The position numbers and the translations under genes were made by a program. Shown piece after piece: positions 1 through 10,516 of a DNA stretch of 64,000 nucleotides. Each line of letters begins with the position of its first letter. Positions within the stretch are counted from its first letter, which is position 1. The stretch lies in contig CAZEAU010000010.1 in the NCBI GenBank assembly GCA_964510515.1, positions 9,586 to 73,585 of the forward strand, in the 5' to 3' direction. The notes beneath the pieces are model-generated. The model was not told the DNA's origin. It saw only the letters and a program-made list of their open reading frames with translations, and made no database searches. The stretch comes from an uncultured Actinomycetota bacterium (GTDB taxonomy: Bacteria > Actinomycetota > Geothermincolia > Geothermincolales > RBG-13-55-18).

Positions 1-517
1 TGTGCATGCTCATGAAGGGCATGTCCAGGATGCGGGCCGCGTCCAGGGCGCGCTCCACGTTGCGCGGCAGGAAGGCACGGTATATCTCCTGCATACGCTT
101 GCCGATGAGGGCTTCCCCGATGTTTATGGGCACGCCGTGGCGGTACCATTCGTCCGCCTGCAGGGCCATGACCTTGTCCAGGTTGGTAAGGCCCTGGCCC
201 TCGGGATGGTGGCTGATGATGAGGTCCACGGCCTGGCCCTTTTCCCGCAGGCGGTCGGCCAGCAGCACCTCGGGGACCTCCATGTCCACCCCCACCAGCG
301 CCGACTTCACCTCCGTGGAGGGGTCGCCGACGAGGATGCGCGAGTCCGGGAAGGGGTTCTCCAGGCCGCTGACGTCAAAGTACTGCCTCTCTTTCTCCGG
401 CAGGCCCTCGTACTTCTCCTTGTTGCGGGCCAGCAGGCGTTTTATCTCCGCCTTGCCGCGGGGGTCCTTCTCTATGCCCATGCGCACGGCCAGCTTGTAG
501 ATCTCTCCCAGCTTCAA
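1..517 (-). CDS. Nif3-like (YqfO/YbgI family) metal-binding protein, partial (runs off window start)
   Basis: Not in the ORF track because it is truncated at the edge. The reverse complement from a TTG start at 517 is preceded by AGGAGG. The translation LKLGEIYKLAV...ILVGDPSTEVKSALVGVDMEVPEV...VDLIISHHPEG carries the NIF3 'LVGD...DLIITHHP' signature. Confidence 0.4.
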   Translation of the reverse strand, partial: MKLGEIYKLAVRMGIEKDPRGKAEIKRLLARNKEKYEGLPEKERQYFDVSGLENPFPDSRILVGDPSTEVKSALVGVDMEVPEVLLADRLREKGQAVDLIISHHPEGQGLTNLDKVMALQADEWYRHGVPINIGEALIGKRMQEIYRAFLPRNVERALDAARILDMPFMSMH

Positions 518-567
518 CTTGCTACCTCCTTGGGTCGAAGCCTCCTGTATCGGCGCGGCGGCACGGC

Positions 568-966
568 TCAGGAGGTGAATAATGTTCCCTGGTCGTAATC
601 GTCCCCCTCCCCCTCGCGGGAGAGGGCGCGCCTCGCGCGCATGATGAGGTCGTCGAGGTCCAGTCCCGTTTCCTCGCGTATGCTGCGCCGCAGTATGGGC
701 CCCACCCTCTCCATCTCGTGCATCACGCGCTCGAGCACCCCCGCCACCCGGGAGGCCTCGTATTCCTCGCGCGAGACGGCCAGGTCCTTGATGATGGCCT
801 CCTCGCTGCGGGACGCCACCACCGGCTCGGAGCGCCCTTCGACATGGACGTAGGTGCGCCGCGCCGGCCCCCTTTCATCCCCGATGGGCTCGAGGCCGAC
901 GATTTTGTCCGAGCGGTAATACTTGCCGTATCCCAGGGGGATGATCTCGTTCCTTCTAATCTCCAT
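568..966 (-). CDS. small conserved hypothetical protein, possibly DUF370/RemA-like
   Basis: Internal Met MEIRRNEIIPLGYGKYY...IVGLEPI...RRTYVHV...SEPVVASRSEEAI loosely matches the RemA pattern (IGFGN..IVSPES..GRRTRAVV..ILSAVQPETV). The first 38 codons of the track ORF look like a spurious extension. Confidence 0.3.
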   Translation of the reverse strand: MEIRRNEIIPLGYGKYYRSDKIVGLEPIGDERGPARRTYVHVEGRSEPVVASRSEEAIIKDLAVSREEYEASRVAGVLERVMHEMERVGPILRRSIREETGLDLDDLIMRARRALSREGEGDDYDQGTLFTS

Positions 967-1101
967 GTTCACCCCTTCCCGCACCCCTTCCCGCTTTCCC
1001 GGACAGCGGTGGGCCGGAAGCGGCCGCCGACGGGCCGCATCCGCCTCCGGCGATACCAGACATATTATATGGGTTTTCAAGCCCCCGGGGGTAGCGTTTC
1101 C

Positions 1102-2838
1102 TCACCCCTTCGCGCGCCCCTCCCACAACCAGGCCAGGAGCTCCTCCTCGCCTAAGGAGTTGAGCACGTCCCCCCGGCCCAGCCAGCCCCGCCTCGCCAT
1201 GGCCACCCCGTAGAGCATGAAGGCCAGGTGCTCGGGGCGGTGGGCGTCGGTGCCGATGGAGATCTTCACTCCCGCCTCCCTGGCCTCGGCGAGATGTTCG
1301 TCCCGGAGGTCGAGGCGGTCGGGGAAGGCGTTGAGCTCCAGCGCCGTACCGGTGTCGCGTGCCTCTCGCATGAGCGCTTGCAGATCCACATCGTAGGGCG
1401 GGCGCTGCCCCAGCAGCCGCCCCGTGGGGTGGGCGATGACCTTCACGTGGGGGTTGCGCATGGCGGCCACCATGCGGCGGGTGATGTGCGCGCGCTCCTG
1501 TTTGAAGCCTCCGTGTACGGAGGCAATGACCACGTCCAGCAGGGAGAGCATGCCGTCGTCGTAGTCGAGACCGCCCTCGTTGCCTATATTGAGCTCCGTC
1601 CCCGCCAGCAGGGTGACGGGCGATGTGCCGGAGGCGTTCATCTTCCTTATCTCCTCCACCTGCCTCTCCAGCCTCTCCCTCTCCAGGCCCCGCGCCACCT
1701 TCAGGTCAGCGGCGTGGTCGGTGATGGCCAGGTAGCGATAACCCAGCCTCTCCGCCGCCTCCCGCATCTCGGCCAGGGAGGCGGTGCCGTCGCTGGCGGC
1801 GGTATGCGCGTGCAGGTCTCCCCGGATGTCGCCGCGCGCGAGCAGCACGGGCAGGTCGCCGGAGAGGGCCGCCTCGACCTCGCCGCGGTTCTCCCTCATC
1901 TCCGGCGGCGGGCAGGCCATCCCCAAAGCCGCGTACACCCCCTCCTCCGTCTCGCCCGCGATGCGCCTGTCGCCGGACACGCGAAAGACGCCGTACTCGT
2001 TCACCTTCAGCCCCTTCTTCTTGGCAACCTCCCTCACCCGCACGTTATGGGACCGGGAGCCGGTGAAGTACTGCAGGGCGGCCCCGAACTCCGCCGGGAG
2101 GACCACCCTCAGGTCCACCTGCAGGCCGCCGCGGGTCAGCACCGAGCTTTTGGTGTCCCCGCGCAGCAGGACCCGGTCCACGTTGGGGAGGGTGCAGAAG
2201 GCGTCCATGACCGCGGCGGCGGCGTCCGACGCGACCAGGATATCAATATCGCCGACGGTCTCCTTCATGCGGCGCAGGCTTCCCGCCGGGGAGAGGACGA
2301 GGCCGGGCATCCTCTCCCGCATCATCTCCGCGATATCCTCCTGCAGGCGGTTGGCCTCGTGCAGCAGCAGGCGCCCCGAGGCCGCCTGCAGGTGCCCTAT
2401 GCCCTCGAGGATGTTCTTCTCCGCCTTGGGGCCGAGGCCGGGAAGTTCGGCGAGCAGGTGTTCGCGCGCGGCGGCGCGCAGCTCGTCGATGGTGCGCACC
2501 CCGAGTTCGTCGTAGATGAGCTTGACCCGCCGGGGGCCGAGACCGGGGACCTTGAGCAGGGAGATGAGCTCCAGCGGGACTTCCTTTTTGATCTCCTCGA
2601 GAGAGGATATCCGCCCCTCGCGCTTGAACTCGAGGATCTTCGCGGCCAGGGCCTCGCCTATGCCGGGATACTTACGCAGTTCTGCGGCCTCGTCCAGGAG
2701 CAGCATCTCCTCGCCGTGCGCCCTCACCACCTCGGCGGCGCGCTGGTAGGCGTTGACCTTGAAACGCACCTCGCCCTTTATCTCCGAGAGCTCAGCCAGG
2801 GTCTCGAAAGCCACGGCCAGCTCCTCGGCATCGCTCAC
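1102..2838 (-). CDS. polX: PolX-family DNA polymerase / 3'-5' exonuclease with C-terminal PHP domain
   Basis: N-terminal helix-hairpin-helix pol-beta-like region (MSDAEELAVAFETLAELSEIKGE...KVNAYQRAA) and PHP motifs (DLHAHTAASDG...AITDH). Length 578 aa. Confidence 0.85.
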   Translation of the reverse strand: MSDAEELAVAFETLAELSEIKGEVRFKVNAYQRAAEVVRAHGEEMLLLDEAAELRKYPGIGEALAAKILEFKREGRISSLEEIKKEVPLELISLLKVPGLGPRRVKLIYDELGVRTIDELRAAAREHLLAELPGLGPKAEKNILEGIGHLQAASGRLLLHEANRLQEDIAEMMRERMPGLVLSPAGSLRRMKETVGDIDILVASDAAAAVMDAFCTLPNVDRVLLRGDTKSSVLTRGGLQVDLRVVLPAEFGAALQYFTGSRSHNVRVREVAKKKGLKVNEYGVFRVSGDRRIAGETEEGVYAALGMACPPPEMRENRGEVEAALSGDLPVLLARGDIRGDLHAHTAASDGTASLAEMREAAERLGYRYLAITDHAADLKVARGLERERLERQVEEIRKMNASGTSPVTLLAGTELNIGNEGGLDYDDGMLSLLDVVIASVHGGFKQERAHITRRMVAAMRNPHVKVIAHPTGRLLGQRPPYDVDLQALMREARDTGTALELNAFPDRLDLRDEHLAEAREAGVKISIGTDAHRPEHLAFMLYGVAMARRGWLGRGDVLNSLGEEELLAWLWEGRAKG

Positions 2839-2994
2839 GACACCTCCACCTCCTCCCCTCCCCAGTATACCCGGATGGGGTCATGCCTTTATCTTTGGCG
2901 GCTCCGCTATCTTGCCTGTTCGCAGCGGGGGTTTTATCTCGGGCTTGCAAGACGTAGCCCCGCGGGAGCGGACATGCTCCCCGGGTGATGCAGG

Positions 2995-4371
2995 TCAAGT
3001 GACCCCATCCAGCCAGGCGCGGGCCTCGCGCAGGGCCTCATCGACCCTCCCGGGAGCGGTGCCGCCGGGCAGGTCCCTCGCCTCCACGCAGGCCTCCAGG
3101 GTGAGATGGCCGTATATGTCCTCCTCCACCAGCGGCTCCACGGCCTTGTACTCCTCGATCTCCAGGTCCTGCAGCGGGATGCCCCTCTGCAGGCAGGCGC
3201 GCACCAGCTTCCCCGCCGCCTCGTGCGCGCGCAGGAAGGGCACCCCCTTGCGCACCAGGTAGTCCGCGAGGTCGGTGGCGTTGGCGTATCCGACCCCGGC
3301 CAGCTCGCGCATGCGGCCGGGGCGGAAGGCCGCCGTGGCCAGGACGCGGGCGGTTATCTCGAGCATGGAGGAGAGCTGGTCCGTGGCGTCGAACGTCCCC
3401 TCCTTGTCCTCCTGCAGGTCGCGGTTGTAGGCCAGGGGGAGCCCCTTGAGCATGGTCATCGCCGCCACCAGGTGTCCGATCACCCGGCCCGACTTCCCCC
3501 TCACCAGCTCGGCCATGTCCGGGTTGGCCTTCTGGGGCATGATCGAGGAGCCGGTGGCATAGGCCTCGTCCAGGGCCAGGAAAGCGAAGGGGGGGCTGGA
3601 CCACAGCACCACCTCCTCCGCCAGGCGGCTGAGGTGCAGGGCGGTCACCGCGCAGGCGTAGAGGTGATCGGTGACGAAGTCGCGGTCCGACACCGCGTCC
3701 ATGGAGTTCGCGCTCACCTCCGCGAAGCCCAGCTCGTCGGCCATCCTCCGCCGGTCCAGGGGGAAGGTGACCCCCGCCAGCGCCCCGCTTCCCAGGGGGG
3801 AGCTGTCGAGGCGGCGGCGTGACTGCGCGAACCTCTCCGCGTCGCGCTTGAACATCTCGAAGTAGGCGAGCAGGTGATGGGAGAGCAGCACCGGCTGGGC
3901 CGGCTGCAGATGGGTGAAGCCGGGCATGATCACGCCCCGGCCCGCCTGCGCCTGTTCCAGCAGGGCGCGCATGAGCTCGAGCAGGCGCCGCTGGAGCTGA
4001 TCGCATGCGTCTTTGAGGAAGAGCCGCATGTCCGCCGCCACCTGGTCGTTGCGGCTGCGGCCCGCCCGCAGCCTGGCCCCGCTTTCCCCCACCCTCTCCA
4101 CCAGGGAGCGCTCCACCGCGCTGTGTATGTCCTCGTCATCGCGGAAGGGGAAGGACCCCTCCTCCATCTCCCGCCCCATCTCCCGCAGGGCGGAAACGAT
4201 CCTTTCCGCCTCCTCGGCGCTCAGCACGCCGCATCCCTCCAGGGCATGCGCGTGCGCCTCGCTCACGGCGAGATCATAGGGCGCCAGCCGCCGGTCGAAG
4301 GAGAGGGAGGCGCTGAAGGCGTGCGCGAGCCGCTCCGTCTCCTTCTCGAACCTGCCCCCCCATAGTCTCAT
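2995..4371 (-). CDS. argH: argininosuccinate lyase
   Basis: MRLWGGRFEKE... start and full-length 458-aa lyase-1/fumarase family signature, at the end of the arg operon. Confidence 0.95.
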   Translation of the reverse strand: MRLWGGRFEKETERLAHAFSASLSFDRRLAPYDLAVSEAHAHALEGCGVLSAEEAERIVSALREMGREMEEGSFPFRDDEDIHSAVERSLVERVGESGARLRAGRSRNDQVAADMRLFLKDACDQLQRRLLELMRALLEQAQAGRGVIMPGFTHLQPAQPVLLSHHLLAYFEMFKRDAERFAQSRRRLDSSPLGSGALAGVTFPLDRRRMADELGFAEVSANSMDAVSDRDFVTDHLYACAVTALHLSRLAEEVVLWSSPPFAFLALDEAYATGSSIMPQKANPDMAELVRGKSGRVIGHLVAAMTMLKGLPLAYNRDLQEDKEGTFDATDQLSSMLEITARVLATAAFRPGRMRELAGVGYANATDLADYLVRKGVPFLRAHEAAGKLVRACLQRGIPLQDLEIEEYKAVEPLVEEDIYGHLTLEACVEARDLPGGTAPGRVDEALREARAWLDGVT

Positions 4372-4468
4372 CTTCCCTCGCTTTCCTCGCGCCGTCTCGC
4401 TCCCCGCCCGGCCCCCGAAGCTTCCGCGCCATCCAGCGCGACCTCGACCCGTTCCTTTACGCGCGCAC

Positions 4469-5695
4469 TTATTCGCCCCCGCCTCCCTGCCTGATGCCCC
4501 AGACCTTGAGCGGCAGCCCCCACAGCTCGATGAAGCCCTCGCTGGAGCGGTGGCTGAACTCGTCGGCGCGGTCGTATGTCGCCAGGGAATACTCGTAGAG
4601 GGAGTACGGAGAGCGCCTGCCCACCACGCAGCATGTCCCCCGGTAGAGCTTGAGCCTCACCTCCCCGCTCACCTTCTCCTGGGTCGCCGTCATCGCCGCC
4701 TCAAGGGCGCTGCGCAGCGGATCGTACCACAGCCCGTAATAGACAAGTTCGGCGAACTTCGCCTCCAGCAGGGGCTTGAAGTGCATGGTCTCCCGGGTGA
4801 GGGTGAGCGACTCCAGGGCGCGGTGGGCCTCGATGAGGATGACGGCCGCCGGCGCCTCGTAGATCTCCCTGGACTTTATGCCCACCAGGCGGTTCTCCAC
4901 CATGTCGATGCGCCCGACCCCGTGCTCGCCGCCCAGCCGGTTGAGGCGCGCGATGAGCTCCACCAGTCCCAGCTCCTCGCCGTCCAGGGCCACCGGGCGG
5001 CCGGAGGAAAAGGAGATCTCCAGGTAAAGGGGCTCGTCCGGGCTCTCGGAGGGGGCCGCCGTCCACTCGTAGGCGTCTTCACGCGGCTCCGCCATGGGGT
5101 CCTCCAGCACCCCGGCCTCGCAGCTTCTGCCCCACAGGTTCTCGTCCACCGAATAGGGGGTCTCCAGCGTCACCGGCACGGGTATGTCGTGTTCCCGGGC
5201 ATAAGCCATCTCGTCCTCGCGCGACATGTTCCACTCCCTCAGGGGGGCGATTATCCTCAGCTCCGGGCCCAGGGCCATGGTGGTAAGGTCGAAGCGCACC
5301 TGGTCGTTGCCCTTCCCCGTGCAGCCGTGCGCGACCGCCGCCGCGCCGCGCCTCTCCGCCTCCTCCACCATCACCGCCGCGATGAGCGGACGTGCCAGCG
5401 CGGTAGCCAGGGGATATCGGCCCTCGTAGAGGGCGTTGGCGTGCAGGGCGGGGAGGACGAACTCCTCGGCGAACCGCTCCTTGAGGTCGAGGCAGACCGC
5501 GTCCACCGCGCCCACCTGCAGGGCCTTGCGGCGCATGGCCTCCATGTCTCCCGGCTGCCCGAGGTCGGCGGCCATCGCCACCACCCGCATGCCGTACCTG
5601 TCCTCGAGCCACTTGATGGCCACCGAGGTGTCGAGCCCGCCGCTGTAGGCGAGGATGACCGTTTCCTTCATGCTCACGCTCCGTTTCTTCTCCAT
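4469..5695 (-). CDS. argG: argininosuccinate synthase
   Basis: PP-loop AYSGGLDTS, 408 aa. Strong GGAGGGAGGG RBS before the first ATG; an alternative start lies at 5671. Confidence 0.95.
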   Translation of the reverse strand: MEKKRSVSMKETVILAYSGGLDTSVAIKWLEDRYGMRVVAMAADLGQPGDMEAMRRKALQVGAVDAVCLDLKERFAEEFVLPALHANALYEGRYPLATALARPLIAAVMVEEAERRGAAAVAHGCTGKGNDQVRFDLTTMALGPELRIIAPLREWNMSREDEMAYAREHDIPVPVTLETPYSVDENLWGRSCEAGVLEDPMAEPREDAYEWTAAPSESPDEPLYLEISFSSGRPVALDGEELGLVELIARLNRLGGEHGVGRIDMVENRLVGIKSREIYEAPAAVILIEAHRALESLTLTRETMHFKPLLEAKFAELVYYGLWYDPLRSALEAAMTATQEKVSGEVRLKLYRGTCCVVGRRSPYSLYEYSLATYDRADEFSHRSSEGFIELWGLPLKVWGIRQGGGGE

Positions 5696-5732
5696 GACGC
5701 CCTCCCTCCGCGGATGGCCCCCGCCGCCGCGG

Positions 5733-6188
5733 TCAGCCGGACATCCCGCGCAACTTCTCCACCAGCTCCCCGGCCTCGTGGCCCTCCCTCACCACCACCA
5801 GTATGGTATCGTCGCCGCCCACCGTGCCCGCCACTTCCTCCATGCTGTTGCGGTCGAGGATGGCGGCCATGGCCTGCGCGTTGCCGGGGGCCGTGCGCAT
5901 GATCACCATGTTGCCGCTGGCCTCCAGGCCGACGAGGTACTCCCTCAGCCCCCGCCTGAGCTCATCCGCGGCGGCGGGGGCCTTCACTTCCCCCGGGAAG
6001 GCATATACCGTGCCCCCGTCCGGGCCCGGCAGGCGCGCCGCCCCCATCTCCCTGAGGTCCCGGGATACCGTGGACTGATCGGCCTCGATACCCCGCTCCG
6101 CGAGCCGCTCCACCAGCTCGCGCTGATTGGCGGGGGGGCGAAAGGCGATGATTTCCCTGATCACATCCCTGCGGCGCCGTTTCTCCAT
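5733..6188 (-). CDS. argR: arginine repressor ArgR
   Basis: 151 aa with winged-helix N-terminus (ELVERLAERGIEADQSTVSRDLREMG) and C-terminal oligomerisation/arginine-binding domain. It is embedded between argF and argG. Confidence 0.9.
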   Translation of the reverse strand: MEKRRRRDVIREIIAFRPPANQRELVERLAERGIEADQSTVSRDLREMGAARLPGPDGGTVYAFPGEVKAPAAADELRRGLREYLVGLEASGNMVIMRTAPGNAQAMAAILDRNSMEEVAGTVGGDDTILVVVREGHEAGELVEKLRGMSG

Positions 6189-6203
6189 CCCGCGCCCTCC
6201 GCT

Positions 6204-7130
6204 TCACGCACCGGCCAGGAGGTCGAGCAGGGCCGCCTGCGCGTGCATCCTGTTCTCCGCCTGGTCCCACACCAGCGAGCGGGGTCCGTCCATCACCTCG
6301 CCGCTTATCTCCTCGCCGCGGTGGGCGGGGAGGCAGTGCATGACCACCGCTGCGGGGTCCGCCGCGGCCAGCCGCGCGGCGTCCAGCCGGAAGGGTTCGA
6401 GGTCGCGTTTTCTCCCCCCGTCCTCCTTCTGCCCCATGGAGGTCCAGACGTCGGTGTAGAGGATTTGCGCGCCCGCGGCCGCCTGCAGCGGGTCGTTCAC
6501 CACCCGCACCGCCTCCTCCCCCGCCAGCGCGCGCGCGCGCGCGACGATGCCCGCGTCGGGCTCATAACCCGGCGGGCATGCGCAGGTGAAGCTCATGCCC
6601 GCCAGCGCGCAGCCCAGGGCCAGGGAGTTGGCGACGTTGTTGCCGTCCCCCAGATAGGTCAGGCGCAGCCCTGTGAGCTCGCCGAAGCGCTCGCGTATGG
6701 TCATCAGGTCCGCCAGGATCTGGCAGGGGTGTTCCAGGTCCGTGAGGGCGTTGATCACCGGGACCTCCGCCCCCCGCGCCAGCTCCTCCACCTCGTCATG
6801 CCCGAAGGTGCGCAAGGCGATGGCGCAGGCGTAACGAGACAGCACCCTGCCGGTATCCGCTACCGTCTCTCCCCTGCCCAGCTGCAGCTCGGAGGCGTTG
6901 AGGGCCAGCGGGTGCCCGCCGAGATGAAAGACCGCCGCCTCGAAGGACACCCTGGTGCGCGTCGAGGGCTTCTGGAAGATAAGAGCCACCATCCTTCCCT
7001 CGAGACTGCGCCGTATCCCCCCCCCGGCCAGGGAGGCCTTGAACGCGTCGGCGCCGTCCAGGAGCGTGCGCAGCTCGCCGCGGTCGAGGTCGGCCACGCT
7101 CAGATAATCCCTGCCCTTCAAGCCCGCCAT
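6204..7130 (-). CDS. argF: ornithine carbamoyltransferase
   Basis: STRTR carbamoyl-phosphate motif, HCLP motif, ~308 aa from MAGLKGRDYL. The track ORF 6204..8084 is an N-terminal over-extension overlapping argD. Confidence 0.9.
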   Translation of the reverse strand: MAGLKGRDYLSVADLDRGELRTLLDGADAFKASLAGGGIRRSLEGRMVALIFQKPSTRTRVSFEAAVFHLGGHPLALNASELQLGRGETVADTGRVLSRYACAIALRTFGHDEVEELARGAEVPVINALTDLEHPCQILADLMTIRERFGELTGLRLTYLGDGNNVANSLALGCALAGMSFTCACPPGYEPDAGIVARARALAGEEAVRVVNDPLQAAAGAQILYTDVWTSMGQKEDGGRKRDLEPFRLDAARLAAADPAAVVMHCLPAHRGEEISGEVMDGPRSLVWDQAENRMHAQAALLDLLAGA

Positions 7131-8374
7131 GTCTCGTCCTTCACGCTCGTCTCGGGGCCCCCGCCGCCGGCGAGCGCCTCCCGCAGCGCCTCCAGCAGCC
7201 CATCCACCTCCCGGGTGGATACGGAGAGCGGGGGCAGGAAGCGCAGCACGGCCTCCCCGATGCTGTTGACCACGTACCCCTTGCGCAGACAGGAGAGCAC
7301 GATCTCCCTGGCACGCTCCTGCTTCAGCTCCACGGCCAGCAAAAGGCCCATGCCCCTCACCTCGTCCACGGCACCGCTCTCCTCCCCGAGCCCCTCCAGG
7401 CTCTCCCGGAAATATGCGCCCACCCGCGCCGCGTTCTCGATCAGCTTCTCGTCGCGCAGAACCGCCATCACCGCCAGGGCCGCCGCGCATGCCACCGGGT
7501 TCCCTCCGAAGGTGCTGCCGTGGTCCCCGGGCGAGAACCCCCGGGAGGCCTCCGCGCTCGCCAGCACCGCCCCGATGGGCAGTCCCCCCGCCAGCCCCTT
7601 GGCCACCGTCATCACGTCCGGGGTCACGCCGTAATGCTCGTGCGCGAAGAGGGCTCCCGTGCGCCCCATGCCCGTCTGCACCTCGTCCAGGATGAGCAGG
7701 GCTCCCTTCCTGCGGCAGATCTCGGCCGCACCCCTCAGGTATGCCGCCTCGCTCACGTAAACGCCCCCCTCGCCCTGTATGGGCTCGAGCAGGACGCAGC
7801 AGGTGCTCTCGTCCACCGCTTCCTCCAGGGCGTCCAGGTCGTTCAGGGGGACGTGCGCGAACCCGGGGGGCAGGGGGGAGAAAGGCTGCGTCTTGCCCGC
7901 CTGTCCGGTCGCCGCCAGCGCGGCGTAGGTGCGCCCGTGAAACGACTTCAGGGCCGAGACCACCTTGTGCCTGTCCTCGCGCCGCACCTCGCGCATGTAC
8001 TTGCGCGCCAGTTTGATCGCCGCCTCGTTGGCCTCGGTGCCGCTGTTGCAGAAAAAGACTCTGTCCGCGAAGGTGCATGCGCACAGCATCTCCGCCAGCT
8101 CGCCCTGCGGGCGCGTATAGTACAGGTTGCTGACGTGGATAAGCTGAGAGACCTGACGCGCCACCGCGGCGATGACCTCCGCGTGACAGTGCCCGGCCAC
8201 GCAGGCGCCGAGGCCGGATACGAAGTCTACGTACTCCTTGCCCGCATCGTCCCAGAGGCGCGTGCCGTGCCCGCGCACGAAGAGCACCGGCAGGCGGCTG
8301 TAATTGTGCATGAGAAAGGCCGCTTCCTGGCTGCGGGCCTTATCCAGATCATATTCCTTCACTGCGTCCTCCAT
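7118..8374 (-). CDS. argD: acetylornithine aminotransferase
   Basis: Class III PLP aminotransferase, 418 aa (LWDDAGKEYVDFVSGLGACVAGHCHAEV...). Overlaps the argF start by 13 nt. Confidence 0.9.
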   Translation of the reverse strand: MEDAVKEYDLDKARSQEAAFLMHNYSRLPVLFVRGHGTRLWDDAGKEYVDFVSGLGACVAGHCHAEVIAAVARQVSQLIHVSNLYYTRPQGELAEMLCACTFADRVFFCNSGTEANEAAIKLARKYMREVRREDRHKVVSALKSFHGRTYAALAATGQAGKTQPFSPLPPGFAHVPLNDLDALEEAVDESTCCVLLEPIQGEGGVYVSEAAYLRGAAEICRRKGALLILDEVQTGMGRTGALFAHEHYGVTPDVMTVAKGLAGGLPIGAVLASAEASRGFSPGDHGSTFGGNPVACAAALAVMAVLRDEKLIENAARVGAYFRESLEGLGEESGAVDEVRGMGLLLAVELKQERAREIVLSCLRKGYVVNSIGEAVLRFLPPLSVSTREVDGLLEALREALAGGGGPETSVKDETWRA

Positions 8375-8401
8375 CTCCTCCGCTCCCGCTGGCGCGCCGC
8401 G

Positions 8402-9274
8402 CTAGGCCCGCACCATGGTCCCTATGCCGGCATCGGTGTACAGCTCCAGGAGCAGGGCGTGTTCCACGGTTCCGTTGATGATATGGGCCCGCCTGACCCC
8501 CGAGCGCACGGCGTCCACGCAGCTCGAGAGCTTGGGCATCATGCCGCGGCTGAGCGCGCCCGAGGCCATGAGCTCCCCCGCCTCCCGCGGGGTCAGTTCG
8601 GGGATGAGGCTCATCCCGTCCTCCATGTCGCGGTATATGCCGTCCACGTCGGTGAGGTAGATGAGCTTGTCCGCGCCCAGGGCCTGCGCCAGCGACCCCG
8701 CCACCAGGTCGGCGTTGATATTGTAGCTCTGGCCTCCGCCGCCGGCCCCGATGCTCGCCACCACGGGGATGAACTCGTCCCGGATGAGGTTGTCGAGAAC
8801 CCTGGGGTTGACCGCCTCCACCTCGCCCACGAAACCCAGGTCCACCTCCTCGCCGTTTGCCGCGTGCATCCTGCGCCGCGCCGTGAGCAGGTTCCCGTCC
8901 TCGCCGCAAAGGCCCACGGCCATGTTGCCGTGCGCGTTCAGCAGGGAGACTACCTCCTTGTTCACCTTTCCCGCCAGGACCATCTTGGCCACCTCCATGG
9001 CCGCGGCATCGGTGACGCGGTGCCCGTCCACGAAGCACACCTCCAGGGAGAGGCGCTCCATGTACTGGGTGACCTGCGGGCCGCCGCCGTGCACGATCAC
9101 CGGGTTCAGGCCCACGTAGCGCATGAGCACGATGTCGGAGGCGAAGCTGCGCTTGAGCTCGTCGCTCTGCATGGCGCTGCCGCCGAATTTAACCACCACC
9201 GTCTTGCCGTAATGATCCTTGATGTAGGGGAGGGCCTCCACCAGCACCCTCGCCTTTTCATACGCTCTCTCCAT
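8402..9274 (-). CDS. argB: acetylglutamate kinase
   Basis: Amino-acid kinase family VVKFGGSAM...VIVHGGGPQ, ~290 aa from MERAYEKARVL. The track ORF 8402..10477 over-extends into argJ. Confidence 0.9.
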   Translation of the reverse strand: MERAYEKARVLVEALPYIKDHYGKTVVVKFGGSAMQSDELKRSFASDIVLMRYVGLNPVIVHGGGPQVTQYMERLSLEVCFVDGHRVTDAAAMEVAKMVLAGKVNKEVVSLLNAHGNMAVGLCGEDGNLLTARRRMHAANGEEVDLGFVGEVEAVNPRVLDNLIRDEFIPVVASIGAGGGGQSYNINADLVAGSLAQALGADKLIYLTDVDGIYRDMEDGMSLIPELTPREAGELMASGALSRGMMPKLSSCVDAVRSGVRRAHIINGTVEHALLLELYTDAGIGTMVRA

Positions 9275-9324
9275 GCCCCGCTTTCCTTCCCGCCGCGCCG
9301 GGGGGACTTCGCCGCCCCCCCGCT

Positions 9325-10506
<1,182 letters not shown>

Positions 10507-10516
10507 GCCCGCTCCC

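Noticed and set aside
583-648. Short plus-strand ORF with an apparently good RBS (GGAGGTGAATAATG…) at 583
   Set aside because: It encodes only ~21 aa of P/R-rich sequence. It is more likely the reverse complement of the RemA-like gene terminator and RBS region.
5655-7634. 659-aa plus-strand ORF and many other long ORFs (for example 3038..4006-, 12753..14825+, 28698..30317-, 35670..37067+, 37536..40718+ at 1060 aa, 40791..42320+, 42589..44514+, 47426..48679+)
   Set aside because: All are antisense to or frame-shifted against genes with unambiguous family signatures (arg, comEC, pro, obg, dcw). Their products are Arg/Gly/Pro/Ala-rich low-complexity strings typical of stop-poor frames in 70% GC DNA.
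6204-8084. Very long N-terminal extensions of the track ORFs for argF (626 aa), argB (691 aa), ddl (528 aa), ftsQ (456 aa), murE (584 aa), DUF2344 (352 aa) and the MFS transporter (493 aa)
   Set aside because: The extensions overlap the upstream genes and are low-complexity. The conserved family starts, RBSs and ATGA/GTGA couplings support the shorter coordinates given.
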